A DNA stretch of 64,000 bases from assembly GCA_040217195.1 (NCBI GenBank), contig JAVJNR010000004.1, positions 32,001-96,000 of the forward strand. The letters run 5' to 3'. This DNA is from Leptospiraceae bacterium. GTDB lineage: Bacteria; Spirochaetota; Leptospiria; Leptospirales; Leptonemataceae. How positions within the stretch are numbered: position 1 is the first letter of the stretch; the number at the start of each line of letters is the position of its first letter. The notes under the pieces were generated by a model, which worked only from the letters and a program-made list of their open reading frames with translations, was not told the origin of the DNA and made no database searches. Positions 1 through 8,371 of this stretch are shown here, piece after piece. A program made the position numbers and the translations under genes.

Positions 1-473
1 ATTCGATTGCAGATCTTATCCAGTTCAATTTCACGAGATATTTTTATGCGACTTCCATCAATTTTCATTCGATCGCTTCGCATACGAATCTGACCCGGGC
101 TTTCTTCTCCGGAAAAGTAATAGATTCGTCCGGTGAATCTGCGAGATATCTCGAGTATTAGAGTGGACTTCCCCACTCCCGGTTCGCCGGCCAGAAGTAT
201 CAGCTGACCCGGTACCAGTCCTCCGCCCAGCACCAGGTCTAGATCATCCAGTCCTGTGGTTTTTCGTGCGGTTTCCTCGGGATTAATATCTGCAAGAAAT
301 GGCAATTCATCCATGGGTCCCGCTGGAACCGATTTACCTGCTCCCACGACTGGAGCGGAGTGATCCTCATCGATGCTATTCCATTCATTGCACTGAGTAC
401 ACTTCCCCTGCCAGCGATTGTAGGTGGCGCCGCAAGAGTTGCATATGAAGGTCCTGGAGGATTTCTTTGCCAT
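1..473 (-). CDS. radA: DNA repair protein RadA/Sms, 5' part (runs off window)
   Basis: Manual translation from ATG at 473: MAKKSSRTFICNSCGATYNRWQGKCTQCNEWNS (C4 zinc finger), later LDLVLGGGLVPG and Walker A GEPGVGKSTL. Confidence 0.95.
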   Translation of the reverse strand, partial: MAKKSSRTFICNSCGATYNRWQGKCTQCNEWNSIDEDHSAPVVGAGKSVPAGPMDELPFLADINPEETARKTTGLDDLDLVLGGGLVPGQLILLAGEPGVGKSTLILEISRRFTGRIYYFSGEESPGQIRMRSDRMKIDGSRIKISREIELDKICNR

Positions 474-710
474 TTTATCTAGAGCTCAACTTTAGAAATA
501 ATCGGTAATGATTCGTAGCGATGCATATCCTTCATGAATCATGGAGCCTGGAGCAGACCAGGAAGTATGTATTGGAAAAAGAGCAATCCGCGGATCCCTA
601 TCTCCCGGGCAATGAAAGCATCGGGCCCATCTTTTAAAAATAACAGATCGGCTAGCCCGTATCCACAATGACGATTCATGCAAGCTTATCAGATGCTCGC
701 TTCCATCATA

Positions 711-910
711 GCGCTGACTGCGAACTTTCCAGATCCCGGCTTCCGTCCTGGCGATGCCTGCGAGCTCTTCAGATCCCCGCTTCCGTCCTGACGCTGCCTG
801 CGAGCTCTTCAGATCCCCGCTTCCGTCATGGCGCTGCCTGCGAGCTCTTCAGATCCCCGCTTCCGTCATGGCGCTGCCTGCGAGCTCTTCAGATCCCCGC
901 TTCCGTCATG
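711..910. repeat. Tandem repeat (VNTR), 5 x 40 bp
   Basis: Unit gcgctgcctgcgagctcttcagatccccgcttccgtcatg starting at 711, 751, 791, 831, 871; last two copies identical. Confidence 0.95.
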
Positions 911-973
911 CTCTTCGGATATGACATTTCAGGTCGATCAATTCGACCAGGCCATCGGGCCGAAGACTTAGCT

Positions 974-2347
974 TCAAGCTTCCGTGCTTCCAGCATCCAG
1001 TAAATTATCAAAACGAAACAATTCAGGTCTGTAGGCCAGAAAAAATCCGCCGGTTCGACCGGCCCGGTATTTGGAAATAATGATCTCTGCCTGTCCGGAA
1101 TGCTCGGACTGATCTTCTCCATCGGCCGGAGCATCCCTGTGAATGAACATTACCATATCGGCATCCTGCTCCAGGGCGCCGGACTCTCTAAGGTCCGAAA
1201 GCTGGGGACGGGCGGATTCCCCTCTTCGTTGTTCCACTGAGCGGTTCATCTGCGAAAGAGCGAGAATTGGTACATCTTCTGACATGGCCAATTGCTTCAA
1301 TGCCCTGGATATACTGGCAACCTCCATCTGACGCCCAAACTTGCGGTTTTCTGGATCGCTCATTAACTGAAGATAGTCCACAACAACAAGACCCAGCTTC
1401 TGTCCTTTCTGACGAAGCTCCATGGCAAGCTTTCGCGTTCTGCTAATACAATCCCAGATGGAAAGTGCTCCAGTATCATCCATGAATATGGGACTTTTAA
1501 ATATTGCATCCATGGAAGCCTGGATAGAGGCTTTCTTACCCTGAGGGATATGCCCTCTCTTAAGGTCTGCATGGTTGGTCTGGGAATGGGCACAGAGCAC
1601 GCGAAGCAAGACTTCCAGCCGGCTCATCTCCAGAGTAAAGAATAGGATGGGTGCCGGTTGCTCTGAAATGGCCAGATTCATGGCAATATTCATGGCAAAG
1701 GTAGATTTTCCCATACCAGGACGTGCTGCGAGAATCAAGAGTTCGCCGCCTCGCAGACCGGAGGTTCGATTATCGAACTCTTCGTACCGAGTTGGCAGTC
1801 CGGACATACCACCCCGGGCTGCGATTAGATGCTCAAAGTAATCGAAGAAGTCCGATTGCATTTCTGCAGCCGATAGAACGCCACGAGAACTTGTCTTGGA
1901 TGTAATCTTGAGGATTGATTCTTCAACCTGCTTGAGAAAGCTTCCTTCATTCTCCTGAGGTTCCCTGGCATCCACCTCTATCTGATGGGCTGCATTAATC
2001 AGATCCCTGCGAAGTGCAATATTTCGGATTCTCTCCGCCTGCAGAGGAGCATTGTTCGGCGCCAGCACATCCTCCACCAATCGCATGATGTAAGCATTCC
2101 CTCCAGCAGGGTTTAGCTGGCTACGATCCTGAAGGTACTGAACTACCGTGATTGGATCAATGTCATTTGAAGAGTCGTTGCTTAGCGTGAGGATAGCATC
2201 GTAAATGAAGCGATGGCCATCGGAAAAGAAATCATTTCGACTGATAATAGAACTCACCTGAATGGTAAGATCTGGCCTTAAAATAAGAGAGCCGAGCACC
2301 TGGCGCTCGGCTTCTATATCGGCAGGGACCTGGCGCGGATCAGCCAC
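974..2347 (-). CDS. dnaB: Replicative DNA helicase
   Basis: EAERQVLG, LAARPGMGKS, VVDYLQLM, SQMNR, LSDLRESGALEQDAD. Confidence 0.97.
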   Translation of the reverse strand: MADPRQVPADIEAERQVLGSLILRPDLTIQVSSIISRNDFFSDGHRFIYDAILTLSNDSSNDIDPITVVQYLQDRSQLNPAGGNAYIMRLVEDVLAPNNAPLQAERIRNIALRRDLINAAHQIEVDAREPQENEGSFLKQVEESILKITSKTSSRGVLSAAEMQSDFFDYFEHLIAARGGMSGLPTRYEEFDNRTSGLRGGELLILAARPGMGKSTFAMNIAMNLAISEQPAPILFFTLEMSRLEVLLRVLCAHSQTNHADLKRGHIPQGKKASIQASMDAIFKSPIFMDDTGALSIWDCISRTRKLAMELRQKGQKLGLVVVDYLQLMSDPENRKFGRQMEVASISRALKQLAMSEDVPILALSQMNRSVEQRRGESARPQLSDLRESGALEQDADMVMFIHRDAPADGEDQSEHSGQAEIIISKYRAGRTGGFFLAYRPELFRFDNLLDAGSTEA

Positions 2348-2358
2348 GCTGGTATTCC

Positions 2359-2934
2359 TCAGTCTTCCTTATTTTCTTCGGTAGCTTCTGCAGGCTCTGC
2401 AGTTTCACCGCTTTCGGCTGCTTCTGCAGCGGCAGCCTCTGCGGCACGCTCGGAAGGAGATTTGTATTCTTCTTCCTCCTCTACCTCATTGAGAGCCACT
2501 ACATTGACTGTAAGAGGGACTGTAATTCCTTCTGCAAGTTTCACTTTTGCTTTGTAGGACCCAAGTGCACGCATGCTTTCTGGAAGGTCGATCTTTCGCT
2601 TATCGATGCTGTATCCTTTTTCTTCCAGAGCTTTGGCCACAAGCAGAGGAGTGACGGAACCAAATAGCTTTTGCTTGGCTCCTACCATAACTCCTACGTC
2701 CACCTCTTTGATGGAACCCATTTTGCCGGCCAATTCTTCCATGGCCTTTTTGCGACGTTCCGTTTTCAAGGACAGAAGTCTTTGCTGATGCTGAATGGCG
2801 CGTGCGCTGCCTGCATGAGCGGGCAATACTAGTTTTCTAGGAAGCAGATAGTTACGTGCGTATCCGTCCTTTACTTCTTTTACTTCGCCTGCATCTCCCA
2901 GGCCGTTAATATCTTTCTGTAGAATTACCTTCAT
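2359..2934 (-). CDS. rplI: 50S ribosomal protein L9 with acidic C-terminal tail
   Basis: MKVIL..LG..G..VKDGYARNYLLP, KLFGSV. Confidence 0.97.
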   Translation of the reverse strand: MKVILQKDINGLGDAGEVKEVKDGYARNYLLPRKLVLPAHAGSARAIQHQQRLLSLKTERRKKAMEELAGKMGSIKEVDVGVMVGAKQKLFGSVTPLLVAKALEEKGYSIDKRKIDLPESMRALGSYKAKVKLAEGITVPLTVNVVALNEVEEEEEYKSPSERAAEAAAAEAAESGETAEPAEATEENKED

Positions 2935-3071
2935 GGTCCTTTCCTTTCATCTCTGCCCGGCACTTCCAGCGGCTCTTCGCGGGTTCCAGGTCTTCTATTC
3001 TAAAAAACAACTTTGTATAATCTATGCACTAAAAGAAATACTGATTCGATTCTCAGATTTACGATCCGCCA

Positions 3072-3560
3072 TTAGAACGGAATATCGTCATCTTCAGGCA
3101 ACGGTCCCTGATCCACATAGGGAGGCTCCTGATACCCGGAATCGTTACTCTGGCCGGAAGAGCCGTAGCCTCCGCCTGAGCTAAAACCACCACCGGAACC
3201 GGAATTGCTAAATCCGCCTCCGCCACCGCCCTGAGCACTTCCCAGAAGCTGCATGTTTTCCACCGTAACTTCTACAATGGACCGTTTTCCTTCCGGGCTA
3301 TCCCAGCTTCGCTGAGTCAAACGGCCTTCCACCGCTATTTGTTTGCCCTTCTGGCAATATTGCTGAATGATCTCCGAAAGCCGGCCAAAGGAAACACAGT
3401 TTATAAAGCTGGTCTCTTCCCGCTTATTCCCATCTACAACATAGGTGCGGTTATTGGCAATGCTGAACTTACAGAAACTCTTGCCATTCTGCGTTTGCTT
3501 GATTTCTGGATCCCGCACCAGCCGACCGATGAGGACCACCCGATTTAAGTCGGATGCCAT
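3072..3560 (-). CDS. ssb: Single-stranded DNA-binding protein
   Basis: NRVVLIGRLVRDPE, Gly-rich linker, DDDIPF tail. Confidence 0.97.
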   Translation of the reverse strand: MASDLNRVVLIGRLVRDPEIKQTQNGKSFCKFSIANNRTYVVDGNKREETSFINCVSFGRLSEIIQQYCQKGKQIAVEGRLTQRSWDSPEGKRSIVEVTVENMQLLGSAQGGGGGGFSNSGSGGGFSSGGGYGSSGQSNDSGYQEPPYVDQGPLPEDDDIPF

Positions 3561-3562
3561 GA

Positions 3563-3838
3563 TCAGGCCACAGATTTAATCATAAACTGAAGAAGTCCAC
3601 CCTGGATTTTCAGTTCCCGGGAGATTTCTTTCACGGACTCAGGAGGCATTTTACACTGGAATATATGGTAGCTTCCTGCACTCAAGTCCTGACGAGCGTA
3701 GCTCAGGTTCTTCCGTCCCCAGGTTTCCTGGTTAGAAATCTGCCCTTTGTATCGAGTAACGATTTCCTGCACGCTTTTGACGGTCTCGTCCACGGACTCA
3801 GACTCTTTCAATATGGTAATTAGTTCGTAATTCTTCAT
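3563..3838 (-). CDS. rpsF: 30S ribosomal protein S6
   Basis: MKNYEL..I, WGRKNLSY; directly upstream of ssb. Confidence 0.9.
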   Translation of the reverse strand: MKNYELITILKESESVDETVKSVQEIVTRYKGQISNQETWGRKNLSYARQDLSAGSYHIFQCKMPPESVKEISRELKIQGGLLQFMIKSVA

Positions 3839-3900
3839 TTTGGCCCTTTTCCGGTAAAGGATACCATACGGAACAAGGCCATCGCTGTGTCAAGTAGAAG

Positions 3901-5103
3901 GTGCAGGATCGGTACTGGAGCAGAGTTCCTGGAGCCGCGCCGCCGCCTGATGGGAATCTCATTGACGGAGGATCGTGGCGGACCGGCTACTGGGAAATGC
4001 GATTTGTGGCTTTGCTTGCCTGGATCCTTTTTGGGTTCACCTTTCTTCTGGCCGCTCGCTGGCCAGCTCTTGCCCGAAGTCTGGGCGGACTGTCCAGGTT
4101 ACATAGAATTCATCACATCCTGGGATTGAGCACCGGAGCCCTGGCCGTGTTGCATACCTTGCATCAGATCTGGAAGGATCCCGAAGTAGCCTTTTACTTT
4201 GAGGATCCGTTCTTGCTTCTGGGCTGGATCTCGCTTCTACTTCTGGTGGCCGGACTGGGCCTCTCATTTCTTGGCCGATTGCATCATCGATGGTGGCTCT
4301 TGCTGCACTGGAGTCTGGCCGGTGCCTATCTGGGAGCTTTGTTCCATAGTTACGGATTTCTGCAACATGGAAGATGGCATGAAGTTGCATTCCTTGCGGG
4401 CCTGGGCCTGGGAGGCCTGGGTCTAACGCTCATTTTTCTATACCGCTGGAAAGGACAGAACTGGGTGGTACAGGAAGTGAAGAATACAGGTTCAGGACTG
4501 TTCGAGCTGATCCTGAAACCTGAAATTGCCAATGCCAATGCTCCCCGGGCCGGCTCTTTAATCTATCTGCAATTTGGATCTGGATTCACGTCCAACTGGC
4601 ATCCATTTTCCGTAGCCTCTTGCAGAATGAGTCCTGAACTTCATGTTTTGATCAAGAATGCTGGCCTGGATACTTCGCATTTGCTGGATATGAAACCAGG
4701 ACATGTCTTGCGATTGCAGGGTCCTTTCGCCGAGTTTCAGGTATCGCAGGATCCTCAGCTATGGGTAGCTGCAGGCACCGGGCTGGCTCCCTTCCTGGGA
4801 ATGGCTCGATGTTTTGATTTTACTGGTGCCGGCACAGTAGAACTCTACTTTTTTGAAGCGAAACCAGAGCCCATCGTAGAAGCAGAACTGGACCGAATTT
4901 CACAGAGTCATCCAGAGTTTCGCTGGAAGGCCCATTACGGTAAGTCCGCAGACTTTTCAGAAATGGTAAAATCTGCCAGAAGCCAGCAAGGACAGATACT
5001 GATTTGTGGTTCCCCTGGATTCATGAAAAAGGCTCGAATGTCATTGCACGCTGCTCAAATTTCTGGAGAAAGAATCCATACAGAGGAATCCGTACCATGG
5101 TAG
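3901..5103 (+). CDS. Ferric reductase-like transmembrane protein with FAD/NAD-binding domain (start uncertain)
   Basis: His-containing TM helices (HHILG, LHT, LHW, FHS), HPFSVAS, GPF, AAGTGLAPF, ICGSPGFM, IHTE. Confidence 0.85.
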   Translation: MQDRYWSRVPGAAPPPDGNLIDGGSWRTGYWEMRFVALLAWILFGFTFLLAARWPALARSLGGLSRLHRIHHILGLSTGALAVLHTLHQIWKDPEVAFYFEDPFLLLGWISLLLLVAGLGLSFLGRLHHRWWLLLHWSLAGAYLGALFHSYGFLQHGRWHEVAFLAGLGLGGLGLTLIFLYRWKGQNWVVQEVKNTGSGLFELILKPEIANANAPRAGSLIYLQFGSGFTSNWHPFSVASCRMSPELHVLIKNAGLDTSHLLDMKPGHVLRLQGPFAEFQVSQDPQLWVAAGTGLAPFLGMARCFDFTGAGTVELYFFEAKPEPIVEAELDRISQSHPEFRWKAHYGKSADFSEMVKSARSQQGQILICGSPGFMKKARMSLHAAQISGERIHTEESVPW

Positions 5104-5147
5104 TTAGAAAACAAGCGATTAAGAATGCAAGACCAGATAGGCCAAAT

Positions 5148-5489
5148 ATGAAATCCAACAGTTTCTTCGTTGATGAACGCTTCCCGCTCATCGCTATTTT
5201 GATTCTTCTTTTTTTGGGCAGCCCTGTCTGGTCCAATACCCGAACGATAAGCGCAGGCGAACTGGCTCAGCATTCCACTTCCAATAGCTGCTGGATTGCC
5301 ATTTCTGGCAGCGTCTATGACATCACCAATTATCTAAGCGAGCATTCCAACGATCATAATTTCAGCTTATTACCCTGGTGTGGAAAAGATGCGACGAAGG
5401 GCTGGAAGGACAAGGATGGAAAAGGAAAGCCGCACAGCCGAAAGGCAACTATTCAGCTAAAACGCTACAAGATCGGGGAGCTTGAATAG
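5148..5489 (+). CDS. Exported/membrane-anchored cytochrome b5-like heme/steroid-binding protein
   Basis: Hydrophobic N-terminus; ELAQH..SCWIAISGSVYDIT.YL..H, CGKDAT, HS, YKIGEL; ATG at 5148 is in frame with the track ORF. Confidence 0.85.
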   Translation: MKSNSFFVDERFPLIAILILLFLGSPVWSNTRTISAGELAQHSTSNSCWIAISGSVYDITNYLSEHSNDHNFSLLPWCGKDATKGWKDKDGKGKPHSRKATIQLKRYKIGELE

Positions 5490-5581
5490 GAAAGACACCT
5501 GGCTACGAATATTCAGGGATGATGCCCGGTGATAGGCATTTCCTGGTCTCGGCAACGGAATGGAATCTGATACAATACAAG

Positions 5582-5836
5582 GCAGGTTCGCCTTAATCCC
5601 GATTCGCCGCGCAAATGTGAACCGCTGTGAAGTGCGGGGCCCAGCCGCGAGTTCGCATAATAACGCCTCACCGTGCAAATACGAACCGCCGGGAAGTGCG
5701 GGGTCCCAGCCACGAGTTCGCATAATAACGCCTCACCGCGCAAATACGAACCGCCGGGAAGTGCGGGGGCCAGCCACGAGTTCGCATAATAACGCCTCAC
5801 CGCGCAAATGCGAACCGCCGTGAAGAGCGGGGCCCC
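5582..5836. repeat. REP-like palindromic tandem array, ~3.5 x 64-65 bp
   Basis: Units start at 5608, 5672, 5737, 5801; the complete units have arms of consensus at(g/a)cgaac...gttcgcat. Confidence 0.9.
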
Positions 5837-5966
5837 GGACCTGCCCGGTTACCTGGAACCCCATCAACGGCTTCAGCAGGGATGTCTGCCCGAGAGCAGA
5901 GAAATTCTGGATTCTGTTCCAGGCAAAAGAATCCTTTCGTCGGACCAGAATTGGCGGCCTGCGATT

Positions 5967-6668
5967 CTATTTCTCTGGCAAGGTACTCAAATCCACCTGG
6001 CTTTCGTAGCCGTCTTTGAGACGATTTTGATAGTGGCGATCTCCGGAAACTCTTACGCCAAAGGCCGAAGAATCCCAATAACAGTGCCCTTCCAGAATTG
6101 GCGGTGTGTCCATATAGAGCTTCCTGTAGAGTTGCCAAACACAGCTACCATTCGGGAAAAAGTCGCCGGGATCAGCCCCGGTGGCAATAAATTGCAGGAA
6201 ATTTTTGGTGGTATGTTCTGTGAAAATGAAATCGTCCTTCTCTCGCACCTGATGTCGAACTACAAAAAGCTTTAGCTTTCCCTGAAAGAACAGAAATGTG
6301 ATGTCCATTCGCTCCTGAGTCTGATAGCCGGAATAACCTTCGCCCCTCACTTCCCTGGAATGAGCGCCCAGATACCGAATCACTTCATCCACAGGATACA
6401 GAGTTCCATTCATTAAGTATGGGATAGGTTCAGCAAAATTGAGCCGACCGTTGGTCCTGGGATACCGATTCAGAACTTCCTCCGGCGCCATATCCTTTCG
6501 AACAATAGTCTTCAATTCCGCCAGGTCGAGATTCACTGGGGGGCCCAGCCTTTCCTGATCACCTGGCCTGGGCTGCCGGGCATGAGCCATTTGAGTACAA
6601 AGCCCAAATAGGAAAACGGGGCAGACTAGCAAGAGGCAAATAATGAATCTATGGAGAGCGAAACGCAT
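5967..6668 (-). CDS. Exported hypothetical protein, homologue of the putative immunity protein at 10095-10622
   Basis: AGGAGG RBS before ATG 6668; signal-like N-terminus; 19/65 ungapped identities to the 10095-10622 product by manual alignment. Confidence 0.7.
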   Translation of the reverse strand: MRFALHRFIICLLLVCPVFLFGLCTQMAHARQPRPGDQERLGPPVNLDLAELKTIVRKDMAPEEVLNRYPRTNGRLNFAEPIPYLMNGTLYPVDEVIRYLGAHSREVRGEGYSGYQTQERMDITFLFFQGKLKLFVVRHQVREKDDFIFTEHTTKNFLQFIATGADPGDFFPNGSCVWQLYRKLYMDTPPILEGHCYWDSSAFGVRVSGDRHYQNRLKDGYESQVDLSTLPEK

Positions 6669-6803
6669 TTTATATCCTCCTACATCCATGGCAGATCAAT
6701 CGGAAAGTAATACCAGGTTAGCCACGCTCCGCAATGCTACTGGAGCCCATAGCCTAATCAATGGTCTCGACTTTCGGGCGAACTGGCCGCAAGGTCGCAA
6801 TCC

Positions 6804-6846
6804 GCAGGTTCGTCTTAAACCCCGTTCACTGCGTAAATGCGAACCG
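6804..6846 (+). repeat. Dispersed copy of the 5582-5624 repeat segment
   Basis: 35/43 ungapped identity with 5582-5624. Confidence 0.8.
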
Positions 6847-6924
6847 GCCGCTGGGCTCACCGTTTAAGCGTTCCGGCTACGAAGCAATTACCGAAATCGT
6901 ATGAAGATCAGCAGTGCCGTCTAA

Positions 6925-7310
6925 TCAGCGGACGTACGGTTCTCGAACCTGCAGGTCATCGATTGCTTCATAATGGTTCTGATTGAACGTATAGATAATA
7001 CCCCCACTAGCCACAGCGATTTGCCCGATCAGGGCATCCAGAATTCCCGTACCGTGACTGAGATACAATCGGGCAAAGCTATCAAACGCCTTTCTGCATG
7101 CATCCTGATCCGGCCAGAGCAGCTGAGCACCAGAAAAGAAAGCCTCTATTTGCCTCTGCTCCTCAAGCTTCCGGGCTCCTTGAATCAGCTCCATGGCAAC
7201 GAATCCCGGAATACCGAGCGGGATCGATGCAAGGTTTCTCAACCACTGCAGGGCTGGCGGATGCCCTCGGAGGGGGCATCAATAAGCACGTCCGTATCGA
7301 CGATTATCAT
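6925..7310 (-). pseudogene. PIN-domain (VapC-like) toxin, frameshifted
   Basis: ATG 7310 gives MIIVDTDVLIDA, then the frame shifts at the C5 run (G5 at 7272-7276 on +); the other frame continues LRGHPPALQWL..ELIQG..DALI..TFNQNHY. Confidence 0.85.
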
Positions 7311-7546
7311 TCGCGATTCTGAGCTTGATGACGCAGAGCCCTGGCAAATCCCATGGTGTCATTAATATCTTTGCGATCTTTCCAGAGACCGACGATGTTC
7401 GAAGAAAGCCGGGCATCCGCCGGAAGCCCGGAGCCACGCGCAATTTGAATAAAGATCTGGAGTCGATCACCTCGGCGTACTGGCAATCCGGAAAGATGAA
7501 GCTCACCGTCCTCTTGAACTGCCTGCTCCAATCGTATCACTTCCAT
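7307..7546 (-). CDS. Probable antitoxin partner of the PIN toxin
   Basis: 79 aa; ATGA overlap with the PIN start; AbrB-like N-terminus (EDGELHLSGLP..GD) and VGLWKDRKDI C-terminus. Confidence 0.7.
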   Translation of the reverse strand: MEVIRLEQAVQEDGELHLSGLPVRRGDRLQIFIQIARGSGLPADARLSSNIVGLWKDRKDINDTMGFARALRHQAQNRE

Positions 7547-7590
7547 GTGATAAAGCTGAGTGCTTTGCGCGGCTCAGTCGACCATTTTTC

Positions 7591-7875
7591 CACGGCGGTC
7601 ATGTAGGCAAGTATGAGCGAGGCCAGGTTCTGCCCAACGGAGATACACTCATCCAGATTGCCCGGACTCTCGAAGTCTCTCTGGATTACCTGCTTCTGGA
7701 CAGCCAGTCCTCCGAAAACCCGGCTGCCAAAATCCAGGACCGGGAACTCTTACAGGGATTTGAAATCGTAGACAAGATGCCGGACAAAGACCGGGAAACC
7801 ATCAAGTCGCTCATTGATGCCTATATCAAGAAAAGGCAGATTGAAGGGATCATGACCGAGAAGTCGGCCTTGTAG
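7591..7875 (+). pseudogene. 5'-truncated XRE-family HTH regulator
   Basis: HVGKYERGQVLPNGDTLIQIARTLEVSLDYLL...IKSLIDAYIKKRQIE; first helices and start codon missing. Confidence 0.8.
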
Positions 7876-7975
7876 AGGGCCTGAAGGCATTCTCTATGGG
7901 AAAGCCTTCGAAGGATTGTGCGCAAGAATGGGAACGTTATCGCTTGATCAGATGAGTTTTTCGGGCCTACGTGGT

Positions 7976-8003
7976 CCCGCGCGCGGTGGGTGGAGCGCGC
8001 GGG
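7976..8003. terminator. GC-rich hairpin between convergent genes
   Basis: cccgcgcgc-10 nt-gcgcgcggg perfect 9-bp stem; no clear U-tract. Confidence 0.35.
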
Positions 8004-8011
8004 TTAACAGA

Positions 8012-8185
8012 TTACTTCGGCTGCTTACTATCCTGATACATCTTCTGATACTTTTCGGGGATATTGGCTCCAATATACTTCTGAAATTCTTCGAAGTTCA
8101 TGCCTTCTGTTTATTTGCTGATCTGATCGCGAATTTCTCGCATGCTGGCAACCGCATCAAAGTCTTTTTCCTTCCTGGCGTGCAT
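8012..8185 (-). pseudogene. Small putative antitoxin-like protein with an internal stop
   Basis: MHARKEKDFDAVASMREIRDQISK*TEGMNFEEFQKY...; TAA at 8111-8113. Confidence 0.5.
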
Positions 8186-8195
8186 GAGGAGAGGC

Positions 8196-8360
8196 TTATC
8201 GACCATTCCTAGAACTTGAAGTGCGGCCCTGGGGAACTATCTTGATTTCGGGGCGAGGAGTACGCGGTGGAGCTTTCCGACCGCCCCTGCGGACCTTCAC
8301 TTCTGCCAGAGGAGATGGGCCGGTACCGGTTGATTTAGATTTCTGATTCTTTTCGGACAT
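8196..8360 (-). CDS. 54-aa Pro/Arg-rich peptide (below ORF-track cutoff)
   Basis: GAGGAG RBS, ATG 11 nt after the upstream stop; MSEKNQKSKSTGTGPSPLAEVKVRRGGRKAPPRTPRPEIKIVPQGRTSSSRNGR. Confidence 0.6.
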   Translation of the reverse strand: MSEKNQKSKSTGTGPSPLAEVKVRRGGRKAPPRTPRPEIKIVPQGRTSSSRNGR

Positions 8361-8371
8361 TTTTAGACTCC

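Noticed and set aside
711..910. CRISPR array
   Set aside because: Head-to-tail repeats without unique spacers; no cas genes
668..1003. 111-aa ORF
   Set aside because: Translation of the 40-bp VNTR and the antisense of the dnaB end
974..2347. Intein in DnaB
   Set aside because: Normal 457-aa length with contiguous motifs
3839..3895. Sigma-70 promoter and S6:S18 leader upstream of rpsF
   Set aside because: TTGACA is present but TATGGT is 19 bp away; the short hairpin is insufficient to call the RNA motif
5582..5836. CRISPR array or coding repeat
   Set aside because: Inter-arm segments are near-identical rather than unique spacers; unit lengths of 64/65 break frame, so overlapping track ORFs are artefacts
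7976..8010. Integron attC site (TAAC...CTCCAC after a stop codon; GTTAGAG near 9580)
   Set aside because: No matching GTTRRRY end with full attC symmetry, spacing is off, and no integrase in the window; better explained as a simple hairpin
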